Below, in pieces: positions 1 through 8,899 of a DNA stretch of 32,000 nucleotides. Under the pieces are notes generated by a model. It saw nothing but the letters and a program-made list of their open reading frames with translations. It made no database searches and had not been told where the DNA came from. Within the stretch, counting starts at the first letter, position 1; every line of letters begins with the position of its first letter. Source of the stretch: Inquilinus limosus (GTDB lineage: Bacteria; Pseudomonadota; Alphaproteobacteria; DSM-16000; Inquilinaceae); the NCBI RefSeq assembly GCF_051487185.1, contig NZ_JAHVDK010000007.1, forward strand, positions 158,241 through 190,240. The letters run 5' to 3'. Position numbers and translations under genes: made by a program.

Positions 1-1
1 T

Positions 2-154
<153 letters not shown>

Positions 155-231
155 CGGGATAGGCCGCTGGTCTCACCTCCCGGCTTCCGGCGCCCGCCCG
201 GCCGAATCTACTTCGAGAACTGGACAATCAG

Positions 232-1137
232 ATGAACAAGAAGCTGATCATAGACGTGCGTATGAACGAATACGCGATGCGGGGCGACAATCCCAATGTT
301 CCGTGGTCGCCTGCGGAAATCGCGGAAGATGCCGCCGAGTGCTACGAGGCCGGGGCTACCTGTGTGCATTTCCACGGTCGGGATGGACGGACCGGAGAGC
401 CGGCCAACAGCATCGAGACCTATGCCGAGACGATCACCCGCATTCGCGAAAGGGCCGGCGACGTGCTCGTCCACTCCACGCTCGGTTACGTCACCCTCAC
501 TCCAGCCGAAAGGCGCGTCGACAACGTCCTGCAACTCGCGCGCAACCCGCTGACGCGGCCCGACATCGCTCCGGTCGACATGGGAACCCTTAATGTCGAC
601 GTCTACTCCGCCGAGATCAAGAATTTCGTCACCGACGACCTGGTTTTCCACAACCCCACGCGCCTGCTCAAGTATTTCACCGAGCAAATCCAGGCTGCGG
701 GTGTGAAGACCATCCACACCTGCTGGAACATCGGCTGCACGCGGACCGTCCAAGCGTTCATGGAGATGAAGCTGATCAAGGGCCCAGCCTATCTCGCTCT
801 CTTGATGTCGGAGAGTGGCCTGCTCGCGGGCCATCCCGGCAACTACAAAGGGCTCGCGGCCCATCTCGACTTCCTCCCGCAGAACGGGCCCGTCGAATGG
901 ACGACCGTGGTCTACCCGGGGAGCATCCAACCCGTCGTCACCATGGCGATCGCCGAAGGCGGCCACCTCTCCTTCGGGCTCGGCGATCACCCGTATCTCG
1001 AACTGGGCGGCAAGCCTCGCAACGCAGATATCGTCCGTCACATCATCAAGCTCGCACGCAGCATGGGCCGCGAGATCGCCACGCCCGCCGAGGCACGCGT
1101 CATGTTGGGCATTCCGAGGCCGAACTCCGCGGCGTGA
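232..1137 (+). CDS. beta-keto acid cleavage enzyme family protein (BKACE/DUF849, 3-keto-5-aminohexanoate cleavage-like), paralog 1
   Basis: 301-aa ORF. The N-terminal block PWSPAEIAEDAAECYEAGATCVHFHGRDG carries the HxH motif and the tail GGHLSFGLGD...ATPAEARVMLGI is typical of DUF849. Confidence 0.85.
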   Translation: MNKKLIIDVRMNEYAMRGDNPNVPWSPAEIAEDAAECYEAGATCVHFHGRDGRTGEPANSIETYAETITRIRERAGDVLVHSTLGYVTLTPAERRVDNVLQLARNPLTRPDIAPVDMGTLNVDVYSAEIKNFVTDDLVFHNPTRLLKYFTEQIQAAGVKTIHTCWNIGCTRTVQAFMEMKLIKGPAYLALLMSESGLLAGHPGNYKGLAAHLDFLPQNGPVEWTTVVYPGSIQPVVTMAIAEGGHLSFGLGDHPYLELGGKPRNADIVRHIIKLARSMGREIATPAEARVMLGIPRPNSAA

Positions 1138-1201
1138 GGCGAAATCTCCAGGAGCATTCGGGAACGCGAGAGGCGCGCGAAGCCGCGCCAAAGGACCTGC
1201 G

Positions 1202-2980
1202 ATGAAGAAGCTCATCAACGACCCAAAGACCGTCGTAGCCGAGATGCTGGACGGCTTCGTCGCGCTCAATAGCGGGCTCACCCTGCTCGACGGCGAGAAC
1301 ATCGTCTTGCGCGCCGACACGGCCTATGTCGCCGAGCGCGGGGAGGTCGCGCTGATTGCGGGAGGCGGTGCCGGTCACGAGCCAGCGCATGCGGGCTATG
1401 TCGGCCCCGGCCTCTTGACCGCGGCCGTTTCCGGCGACGTCTTTTCATCCCCCAGCACAGACGCGGTGCTCGCCGCGATCCGCGCGGTCGCTGGCCCTGC
1501 GGGCGTTCTGTTGATCGTGAAAAACTATACCGGCGATCGGCTCAACTTCGGCCTCGCCGCCGAGGTGGCGCGCGCCGAGGGAATCCCCGTCGAGATGGTG
1601 CTTGTCGAGGACGATGTCGCGCTCGGGGCGGGTGCCGGCGCTGGCCGGCGGGGCGTCGCCGGCACGGTCCTGGTGCACAAGGTCGCGGGTGCTGCGGCGG
1701 CAGCCGGCCTGCCGCTCGTGGCTGTGCGGGCGGAGGCAGCCGCTGCCGCGGCTTCCGTCGGGACGATGGGAGTCGCTGTGTCTCCCTGCACGGTCCCGGG
1801 CACGGCCAGCACCAGTTTCGATCTGGCGGCGGACGAGGTCGAACTCGGCCTCGGCATCCATGGCGAAGCCGGCGCGCGACGCGCGCGGCTCAGCTCGGCC
1901 GATGACCTGACGGCGGAACTCCTCCAGCAAATTCTTCGCGACCGGGAGATCGTCGCGGGCGACGAGGTTGCCCTCCTCGTGAACAATCTCGGCGGCACGC
2001 CGACGATGGAGCTCGGCATCGTGGCGCGCCGGGCGCTCTCGCTCCTCGATGCCTTCGGCATCAAGGCGAGACGCGCCTGGTGCGGGACCTTTCTCACTGC
2101 CCTCGACATGCAGGGCTGTTCCTTGTCCCTGATGAAGCTCGGCGAAGGGCGGCTCGCGCGGCTCGACGCGCCGGCGACTGCTGCGGCCTGGCCGGCCACG
2201 CCGGCCGGCTGGCCCTCGGGATCCGCGACCCGGCTCAGCCCACGCCGGAAGGACGAGACAGCACCTCCCGATCCGGGCTGCGACCCGCTCGTGAGCGCCA
2301 TGCGCCGCGCGCTGCTGCACCGGGTAACCGAAGCCGTCAGGCGCGCACAGGATCGGCTGACGGCGCTCGACCAAGCCGTGGGCGACGGCGATCTCGGGCT
2401 CGCGCTCGCACGCGGCGCGACCGCCTTGGAACGCGACCTCGTGGACGAGCACTTCACAGAGCCCGCGACAGTCCTGCGGCTGATATCGGCGAGCCTCCGC
2501 CGGTCTGTTGGCGGCACGTCCGGGCCACTCTATGCCGTCGCCGCTCTGCGGGCGGCAGAAGCCATCCACGGGCCCCACGCACTGACTGTCACAGCATGGG
2601 CGGACGCGTTCGCTGCTGCATGCCGCGGCATTTCCGCGCTCGGCGGCGCGGACGTGGGCGACCGCACGATGCTCGACGCCCTCGTTCCCGCGGCAGCGGC
2701 TTTCCGGCAGGCGGCGGAGCGGGGTGGAGCCCTCTCGGAAGCTCTGGGCGAAGCGGTGGCGGCAGCTCGCGAGGGGGCCGCACGCACGGCGACGCTTCAG
2801 CCGCGCCGCGGCCGATCGAGCTATCTCGGAGCGCGCGCCGTCGGCCACCCGGACCCAGGAGCCGAAGCGGTCGTCGTCTGGCTGGAAGCCTTGCGGGGCG
2901 GGCTGGCGGCGGAAGCCGCGCCGCTTGGTCTCACCGACAAGGAACGCACTCACACCGCCCTCGAATCCGGGAGAGCGTGA
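1202..2980 (+). CDS. two-domain (DhaK-DhaL fused) dihydroxyacetone-kinase-family kinase
   Basis: Taken from track ORF 815..2980, whose first 129 codons overlap the previous gene. The ATG at 1202 follows AAGGA and gives MKKLINDPKTVV. Motifs: DhaK GGGAGHEPAHAGYVG, and DhaL VGDGDLG and GGTSGPLY. Confidence 0.88.
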   Translation: MKKLINDPKTVVAEMLDGFVALNSGLTLLDGENIVLRADTAYVAERGEVALIAGGGAGHEPAHAGYVGPGLLTAAVSGDVFSSPSTDAVLAAIRAVAGPAGVLLIVKNYTGDRLNFGLAAEVARAEGIPVEMVLVEDDVALGAGAGAGRRGVAGTVLVHKVAGAAAAAGLPLVAVRAEAAAAAASVGTMGVAVSPCTVPGTASTSFDLAADEVELGLGIHGEAGARRARLSSADDLTAELLQQILRDREIVAGDEVALLVNNLGGTPTMELGIVARRALSLLDAFGIKARRAWCGTFLTALDMQGCSLSLMKLGEGRLARLDAPATAAAWPATPAGWPSGSATRLSPRRKDETAPPDPGCDPLVSAMRRALLHRVTEAVRRAQDRLTALDQAVGDGDLGLALARGATALERDLVDEHFTEPATVLRLISASLRRSVGGTSGPLYAVAALRAAEAIHGPHALTVTAWADAFAAACRGISALGGADVGDRTMLDALVPAAAAFRQAAERGGALSEALGEAVAAAREGAARTATLQPRRGRSSYLGARAVGHPDPGAEAVVVWLEALRGGLAAEAAPLGLTDKERTHTALESGRA

Positions 2981-3879
2981 TGGCAACGCGCAAGGTCATC
3001 GTTACGGTGGCGCCGACCGGCGGCTTCGCCATGAAGGCGCACAATCCTCATCTGCCGACCCAGCCGGAGGAGATCGCCGAGGACGTGGTGCGCTGCTTCA
3101 ACGCGGGCGCCAGCGTCGCCGCCCTTCATGCGCGCAATGCCGACGACAGCGCGACCTGCAATCCGGAGATCTATCGCCGCATCAACCAACTCATTCGTGG
3201 ACGCTGCGACATCGTCCTCAACAACTCCGGCGGTGGGGGCCTGAACGGCGACATGGCTCGGCCTGTATCCGATGGCTTGTGGGAAGTCGCCTTGGAGGAG
3301 CGCATGAAGGCCGCCGATGGCGGTGCCGAGATGGTGACACTGAACGCTATGACCGTGCTCGCGACCCTTGGTGGACGCGATACCCTGCTCACGGCGTCGC
3401 CGACGCGCTCTCGGGAATTCGCGCAGCGCCTGCGTGATCGCGGGATCAAGCCGGAATGGGAAGCGTTCAGTCCTGCTCACCTCTTGCAGGACATGCGCAC
3501 GCTCATCGACGAGGGCCTCGACGAGCCGCCCTATTTCGTCAATCTCTGCCTCGGCCTCCATCATGTCTTCCAGGGTGCTGTCCCCTACTCTCCGAAGATG
3601 CTCCAGGTGATGGTGGAGTTCCTGCCATCCCAGTCGCTCTTCACGGTCAGCGCGGCGGGAGACGCGCAACTACCCGCGACCGTGCAGATGCTTCTGCTGG
3701 GCGGCCATGTACGGGTCGGCCTCGAGGACAACTTGCACTACCGCCCTGGCGAGCCTGCCACGAACGTTCAACTGGTCGAGCGCATCGTCCGTATCATCCG
3801 CGAGCTCGGTATGGAGCCGGCGACGCCCGCCGAAGCCCGCGAGATGCTAGGCCTGCCGCGCCGGCGGCCGGAGGCGTAA
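2980..3879 (+). CDS. beta-keto acid cleavage enzyme family protein (BKACE/DUF849), paralog 2
   Basis: The in-frame ATG at 2980 shares its A with the kinase TGA stop (2978-2980). Supporting sequence: MATRKVIVTVAPTGG..., PEEIAEDVVRCFNAGASVAALHARN, GGHVRVGLEDNLHY, ATPAEAREMLGL. Confidence 0.85.
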   Translation: MATRKVIVTVAPTGGFAMKAHNPHLPTQPEEIAEDVVRCFNAGASVAALHARNADDSATCNPEIYRRINQLIRGRCDIVLNNSGGGGLNGDMARPVSDGLWEVALEERMKAADGGAEMVTLNAMTVLATLGGRDTLLTASPTRSREFAQRLRDRGIKPEWEAFSPAHLLQDMRTLIDEGLDEPPYFVNLCLGLHHVFQGAVPYSPKMLQVMVEFLPSQSLFTVSAAGDAQLPATVQMLLLGGHVRVGLEDNLHYRPGEPATNVQLVERIVRIIRELGMEPATPAEAREMLGLPRRRPEA

Positions 3880-3881
3880 GC

Positions 3882-4592
3882 ATGCTCGAGCTCTTCCGAA
3901 TGGACGGCGAGGTCGCGATCGTCACCGGTGGGGCGAGCGGGATCGGTGCGGCAGTCGCCTCGGCCTTCATTGACGCCGGCGGCACGGTCGAGATCGCGGA
4001 CATGGCTGGCTCAAGCCCGCTCGACGTGACCGACGAGGCCGCCGTGGAAGGCTTCTTCGCCGATGTGCACCATCGATATGGACGGCTCGACATCCTCGTT
4101 AACAACGCCGGGATAGCCGTCCGCCGACCGACGATGGAGCTCGGTGTTGACGAGTGGAACCGAGTCGTCGCAGTCAACATGACCGCAATGTTCATCTGTG
4201 CCCGCGCGGCCGCCCGATGGATGATGCCGCAAGGCGGCGGACGCATCGTCAACACCGCCTCCATCATGGGTCTCTCCGGCGGCCTCTATCCGAACGTCTC
4301 CTACCAGACCACGAAGGGCGCCATCGTCAATCTCACCCGCGCCCTCTCCGTGGAATGGGCCAAGGTGGGAATACGGGTCAATGCCGTTGCGCCGACCTAT
4401 GTGCGTACGCCGCTTACCCAGGAGCTGCTCGACCAGATGGATATTCTCCAAGCGATCACGGCCGCGACGCCGATGGGGCGCCTCGCCGAAGCGCAGGAAG
4501 TGGCTGCTGCTTTCCTCTATCTCGCAAGCCGGGCCTCAGGGATGGTGACCGGCCATACGCTGCCGGTCGACGGCGGCTTCCTGGCGCGATAA
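3882..4592 (+). CDS. short-chain dehydrogenase/reductase (classical SDR)
   Basis: The ATG lies 2 nt after the BKACE2 stop. Motifs: TGGASGIGAAVA, NNAG, catalytic YQTTK (YxxxK), and a PVDGG tail. Confidence 0.9.
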   Translation: MLELFRMDGEVAIVTGGASGIGAAVASAFIDAGGTVEIADMAGSSPLDVTDEAAVEGFFADVHHRYGRLDILVNNAGIAVRRPTMELGVDEWNRVVAVNMTAMFICARAAARWMMPQGGGRIVNTASIMGLSGGLYPNVSYQTTKGAIVNLTRALSVEWAKVGIRVNAVAPTYVRTPLTQELLDQMDILQAITAATPMGRLAEAQEVAAAFLYLASRASGMVTGHTLPVDGGFLAR

Positions 4593-4630
4593 CGCGCGAT
4601 CCGAGGCGGCCCCAAACCGCCCAAGCAGAG

Positions 4631-5488
4631 ATGCTGAAGATGAAGCTTCTTCGCTACGGCCCTCTAGGGCAAGAAAAACCTGGCTTGCTCGATGAAGATG
4701 GAAGCATCCGTGACCTCTCGGGCGTTCTGGATGATATCAATGGAAACGCAATCACTCCCGAAGGCCTTGCCAGGTTGAAGGAATTGGAAGGGTCGCGTCT
4801 ACCAATCGTATCTGGCTCTCCGCGCTATGGCTGTCCCATCGCGAACGTGGGAAAATTCATCGCCGTCGGGCTCAATTATTCGGATCATGCGACGGAAGCA
4901 AAATTACCGATTCCAGCCGAACCTGTCTTATTTTCCAAAGCGACCTCCTGCATTCAGGGCCCAAACGACGACATAGTCATTCCACGCCGATCGAAGAAGA
5001 CGGATTGGGAGGTCGAGCTTGGCGTGGTGATCGGCACACGTGCAGCCTACGTCAGCAAAGAAAACGCCCTCTCCCATGTAGCGGGTTACGTCGTGGTCAA
5101 TGACGTGTCCGAGCGCGAATACCAGATCGAACGCGGTGGCACCTGGGACAAGGGCAAAGGGTGCGACACGTTCGGTCCGATCGGGCCATGGCTCGTGACT
5201 TCGGATGAGATTGGAGATGTTCAAAAGCTGGAGATGTGGCTGGACGTTAACGGCAACCGCATGCAAGCCGGCTCAACGGCGACTATGATCTTCGATGTAA
5301 AGACAATAATCAGTTATATCTCCGAATTCATGACCCTGATGCCGGGAGATATTGTCACGACTGGCACGCCGCCGGGAGTTGGCATGGGAATTCAGCCTGA
5401 GCCGATCTATCTCAAGGCGGGAGACGTGGTGACACTGGGCATTGAGAAGCTCGGCCAGCAGCGACAAAGATGCCGCGCGTATATGTAG
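4631..5488 (+). CDS. fumarylacetoacetate hydrolase (FAH) family protein (2-keto-4-pentenoate hydratase / diketo-acid hydrolase type)
   Basis: Translation M(LK)MKLLRYGPLGQEKPGLLDEDGSIRDLS..., DWEVELGVVIG, GTPPGVG. The start may instead be the ATG at 4640 (MKLLRY). The DNA is clearly less GC-rich than its neighbours. Confidence 0.85.
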   Translation: MLKMKLLRYGPLGQEKPGLLDEDGSIRDLSGVLDDINGNAITPEGLARLKELEGSRLPIVSGSPRYGCPIANVGKFIAVGLNYSDHATEAKLPIPAEPVLFSKATSCIQGPNDDIVIPRRSKKTDWEVELGVVIGTRAAYVSKENALSHVAGYVVVNDVSEREYQIERGGTWDKGKGCDTFGPIGPWLVTSDEIGDVQKLEMWLDVNGNRMQAGSTATMIFDVKTIISYISEFMTLMPGDIVTTGTPPGVGMGIQPEPIYLKAGDVVTLGIEKLGQQRQRCRAYM

Positions 5489-5649
5489 ATTTCCACGTGC
5501 GTACTTGTCTCTATTGAATGCACTGGGTTTAGCAACAACGCTCATGTGGAAGGAAGAACTCATCAGAACGTTTCATTGAACCCGCAATCCAGTACCTGGA
5601 GAGCCTGTTTCTGGGCTCGGGGCATGCGTCGCGCATCCAAGGCGGCACA

Positions 5650-6552
5650 ATGGATCAACCAGACTTCAAAGCGATCAAGTATGTGGTTGCCGTGGCGGAG
5701 CATTTGAGCTTCCGCCGTGCGGCAGACGCCTTGAGGATTCGTCAGTCGGCTGTCAGCCGGCAGGTCCGGAAGCTGGAAGAGGTGATCGGGGTCGCGCTCT
5801 TCGAGCGCTACTCCGGCGGTCTCCGGCTGACGCATGCAGGACGGACCTTCATTCGCGATGCCCGCTGCATCTTGATGCTACTCGATCAGGCTGTCGGCCG
5901 GGCAGACCGAAACGGGAGAGCAGAAGCTGGCTTGCTGACGCTAGGATTTTTCCCGTCGCTGGTTTCCGGTCCGCTCAAGGAGGCACTGCAGCGATTCCGT
6001 CGCCTTAGTCCCGGAATCTTGATAGAGACCATGGAGGGAAGCCCCGTCGATCAACTCCAATGGCTGCGGGCCCGGCGTATCGACGCTGGCGTGCTGGCCG
6101 GCGGCTACGAGGCATCCGACCTGAAGCAACTCCCGCTTTGGGAGGAGCAGATCTTCGCCGCATTGCCGCAGGACCATGAGCTGGCCGGCGAGGAAACCCT
6201 GAACTGGCAAGACCTCCGACGCGAGCACTGGCTTGTCCGGACCTTCGAGAGCGGTGCCGTCGTCTACAATTTCCTGATCGGCAGGATCGCGGCCGACGGG
6301 CACATCCCAGCCACATCGCTGCACCTCACCTCGCGGGAGAACGTTCTCGGCCTGGTCGGAGCGGGGTATGGCGTCACCATCGTCCCGGAAACCCTGGTTG
6401 GGCTGAACTTTCCCGGCGTTGTGTTCCGCCCGATCACAGGCGAAGGCGCGCTGCTGCCGATCTCGGCGGCCTGGCTCGGCAACAATGACAATCCCGCTCT
6501 GCGTCGCTTTCTCAGTCTGCTTCGCCAGGTCCGGACGCCACCTCCGAGGTAG
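5650..6552 (+). CDS. LysR-family transcriptional regulator
   Basis: 300 aa. It has the N-terminal wHTH YVVAVAEHLSFRRAADALRIRQSAVSRQVRKLEE and a LysR substrate-binding-like C-terminal half. Confidence 0.9.
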   Translation: MDQPDFKAIKYVVAVAEHLSFRRAADALRIRQSAVSRQVRKLEEVIGVALFERYSGGLRLTHAGRTFIRDARCILMLLDQAVGRADRNGRAEAGLLTLGFFPSLVSGPLKEALQRFRRLSPGILIETMEGSPVDQLQWLRARRIDAGVLAGGYEASDLKQLPLWEEQIFAALPQDHELAGEETLNWQDLRREHWLVRTFESGAVVYNFLIGRIAADGHIPATSLHLTSRENVLGLVGAGYGVTIVPETLVGLNFPGVVFRPITGEGALLPISAAWLGNNDNPALRRFLSLLRQVRTPPPR

Positions 6553-6790
6553 TCCGAGTTGGTTGGTCGGCAGCTCGCCGCGACCGCTTCGCCTTCGCGA
6601 ATCCCCGATCCGTCGCCATGAACCGCGCCAGCATCGGCGCAACCAGACGAACGGGCTCAATCGCCTGCCCAGTTTCGCGGCCGAGCAGTTCCCCGTAGGC
6701 GACGAGATCGCGATGCACCCCCGCCGGCAGCTCGACAGTGAGCTTGACCGGCCGGTCGTCGAGGATCGCACCGAGCTTGAGCTTCGTCAT
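6512..6790 (-). CDS. DUF2274 domain protein (conserved last gene of trb operons)
   Basis: The translation MTKLKLGAILDDRPVKLTVELPAGVHRDLVAYGELLGRETGQAIEPVRLVAPMLARFMATDRGF matches what I recall of DUF2274. It sits directly after trbI. Its 3' tail overlaps the LysR 3' end by 41 bp. Confidence 0.8.
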   Translation of the reverse strand: MTKLKLGAILDDRPVKLTVELPAGVHRDLVAYGELLGRETGQAIEPVRLVAPMLARFMATDRGFAKAKRSRRAADQPTRTTSEVASGPGEAD

Positions 6791-6797
6791 CGTATCC

Positions 6798-7943
6798 TCA
6801 CTCCCGGTAGGGCTCGAGCACGAGATCGCGGCTGACCATCACCCGGATCGGGAAGGCCTGCCTGATCCTGATGGTCGGCGGAATGTCGAGATTCCGCCGC
6901 ACGACCTCCTGACCGACGTCGTTGAGGGTGTCGCTGCCGGCGCGCCGCAGCGCCTGCAGAATTTCGCTCTCGTCATTGCCGGCGCCGAGCTCGGTGCCGA
7001 CGCCGAGGATCGAGGACAGCGCCGCCGCGGCGAAGAGCCGGCCCCAATGGTGCTCCACCTCGTCCTCGAGCCCGGCATAGCCTTCCGTGTCCGCGCTGGG
7101 CAGCCGCTCCAGCACGATCGACCTGCCGTTCGGCAGGATGAGCCGGGTCCAGACCTGGAGCACACTGTCCTGGCCGAACGCCACCCGGCTGTCGTAGGTG
7201 CCGACCAGCAGCGACCCCTGTGGGATCAGGAGGAAGCGTCCGGTCGGGCTGTCGTACACGTGCTCCGTCACCCGGGCGATCACCTCACCCGGCCGGTCGG
7301 AGCGCAGGCCGGTGACGAGCGCCGCCGCGATGATGGAGCCGGCCTGCAGCACATAGGGCGACGGCGGATCCTGCAGCCGGTCCGAGCTCAACGTCCGGCG
7401 GTCGGGCGGAGCGTCCAGGAAAGCCTGCTCCCGATCCTGGGCACCATCGAATGCGGAAGCGGTTGCAGATACATCCGATGGCGCCGAGCCCCCTGCTCTC
7501 GCCGACTCCCCGATGCCTCCCTCCCTCTGGCCGGTGCCGACGAACAGCTTGCTGGTCCGCGCCGCCTCCTGCTCCTGGGCGATCCGCTGCAGCAGCGGAT
7601 CGGGGCCAGGCTGCAGCGGCGGGGTCACGGCCTTGCCCTGCTCCTGCGCCCGCAGGATCGGCCGGCCGAGATCCCCGGGGAGCGGTGGCCCCAGCTGCGG
7701 CACGCCGGTGTAGTCCGTCGGCAGTGCCGCCAAGCCATCGGTGGTGGTCTTCGTGTCGGTGCTGTAGAGCTCCTGCTGCGGCTCGGCCCGGCGGCGGCTG
7801 TCAAGCGCCCAGACCAGCGCGCCGAGCACGGCGAGGCCGGCCAGGCCGGCGGCGCCGACCAGCACCTTGCGTGACAGCCGGGTGACCCGCGGCCGCTCGG
7901 GATGCAGGCGCAGCGCCGCCTTGAGCTCGGCCTCGCCGGTCAT
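6798..7943 (-). CDS. trbI: conjugal transfer protein TrbI (VirB10 family)
   Basis: 381 aa. It has an N-terminal TM segment, a Pro-rich linker, and a conserved C-terminal domain (QAGSIIAAALVTGLRSDRPGEVIARV...IRIRQAFPIRVMV). Confidence 0.93.
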   Translation of the reverse strand: MTGEAELKAALRLHPERPRVTRLSRKVLVGAAGLAGLAVLGALVWALDSRRRAEPQQELYSTDTKTTTDGLAALPTDYTGVPQLGPPLPGDLGRPILRAQEQGKAVTPPLQPGPDPLLQRIAQEQEAARTSKLFVGTGQREGGIGESARAGGSAPSDVSATASAFDGAQDREQAFLDAPPDRRTLSSDRLQDPPSPYVLQAGSIIAAALVTGLRSDRPGEVIARVTEHVYDSPTGRFLLIPQGSLLVGTYDSRVAFGQDSVLQVWTRLILPNGRSIVLERLPSADTEGYAGLEDEVEHHWGRLFAAAALSSILGVGTELGAGNDESEILQALRRAGSDTLNDVGQEVVRRNLDIPPTIRIRQAFPIRVMVSRDLVLEPYRE

Positions 7944-8899
7944 CGCGCATCGGTCCGGACGATCCGGACCACCTGCTGGTCCTTCGCGCCGAGCCGCAGC
8001 TCGGCCGCGGCGAAGAGCCGGTCGACGATGTAATAGTTCTGCCGGACACGATAGTTGACGAGCTGGCTGTCGCCCTCGGCGCCGATGACGAAGAGCGGCG
8101 GCATCTCGCCCTGGCCGATGCCGCGCGGGAACTCGATATAGACCTTGGCACCGTCGTCGAAGGCCTGGGCGGGTCGCCAGGGCGGATCGTCGCCCTCGAT
8201 CCGGTAGCGGAAGCGCAGGCGGGTGAGGTCGACGCCGGTCGCAACCGGCGCCGCGGCTTCGGCCTCGGCGTTGCGGCGGCGCAGCGCGATCAGCTCATCC
8301 TCCGGATACTGCCAGGACACTGCCGCCATGTAGGTCGACGGAGTCGAACGCAGCTCGAGCAGATAGGTCCGCCGGTCGGTGTTGATCACGAGGTTGGTGA
8401 CGAGGTCCGGCCGGGTCGGCTTGACGAGGATGTGGACCCGGCGCGTCGTCCCCGCCCCGCTCTCGGTGTCGCCGACGATCCAGCGCACCGTGTCACCGGC
8501 CGCCACCGGCCCCGAGCCGACCAGCTGCTCGCCCGGCTCGAGCGCGATGTCGGTGACCTGCCCGGGCGCCGTGTAGACCTGGTACAGCGCCCCGGCGGAA
8601 TAGGGATAGACCTGCACGGCATTGATGTAGCCGTCGCGGCTCGGCTGCATCCGCGCCGCGGCATTGGCCCGGCTCACCCGCTCCTTCGGATCGGCCGGCT
8701 CCGGCGGCGCCCGGCGGGCGCCGAACAGCGGCTTCAGCTGTCCCGGCAGCGGCAAGGGCTTCGGCAGCTCGACGACCTGGACCGGCTTCGGCGGCTCGGG
8801 CAGCCGCACCGCCTCGACCGGCTCGTCGTAGCGGGTCGAGGGCGGCTTGCTCGAACAGGCGGCGACTGGAAGAAGGGCGAGGACCAGGAGGAGGCGCAT
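7940..8899 (-). CDS. trbG: conjugal transfer protein TrbG (VirB9 family), lipoprotein-type signal
   Basis: This is the internal ATG at 8899 of track ORF 7940..9670. It gives MRLLLVLALLPVAACSS (lipobox), then YQVYTAPGQVTDIALEPGE and RRTYLLELRS. Its start overlaps the trbF stop as TGATG. Confidence 0.92.
   Translation of the reverse strand: MRLLLVLALLPVAACSSKPPSTRYDEPVEAVRLPEPPKPVQVVELPKPLPLPGQLKPLFGARRAPPEPADPKERVSRANAAARMQPSRDGYINAVQVYPYSAGALYQVYTAPGQVTDIALEPGEQLVGSGPVAAGDTVRWIVGDTESGAGTTRRVHILVKPTRPDLVTNLVINTDRRTYLLELRSTPSTYMAAVSWQYPEDELIALRRRNAEAEAAAPVATGVDLTRLRFRYRIEGDDPPWRPAQAFDDGAKVYIEFPRGIGQGEMPPLFVIGAEGDSQLVNYRVRQNYYIVDRLFAAAELRLGAKDQQVVRIVRTDAR

Noticed and set aside
1172-1189. The small GC hairpin GGCGCG-N6-CGCGCC between BKACE1 and the kinase gene, considered as a possible attenuator
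   Set aside because: The stem is short and fully GC in GC-rich DNA, there is no U-tract, and no leader-peptide or riboswitch-like context is present. It cannot be distinguished from background.
815-1201. N-terminal extensions of track ORFs. These include the kinase from 815, BKACE2 from 2080, the SDR from 3456, FAH from 4154, trbG from 9670, trbJ from 12666, trbE from 14408, trbC from 15257, traG from 22540, MFS from 17639, and the small ORFs from 25067, 25622 and 29639.
   Set aside because: The extensions overlap the preceding gene in another frame and translate to Arg/Pro-rich junk. Internal starts with ribosome-binding sites or start/stop overlaps give N-termini that match the expected family sequences.
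5273-5835. Small - strand ORFs (96 aa and 90 aa) in the AT-richer FAH-to-LysR spacer
   Set aside because: They have no ribosome-binding site and no recognisable motif. They overlap the ends of the FAH and LysR genes and are most likely chance ORFs.
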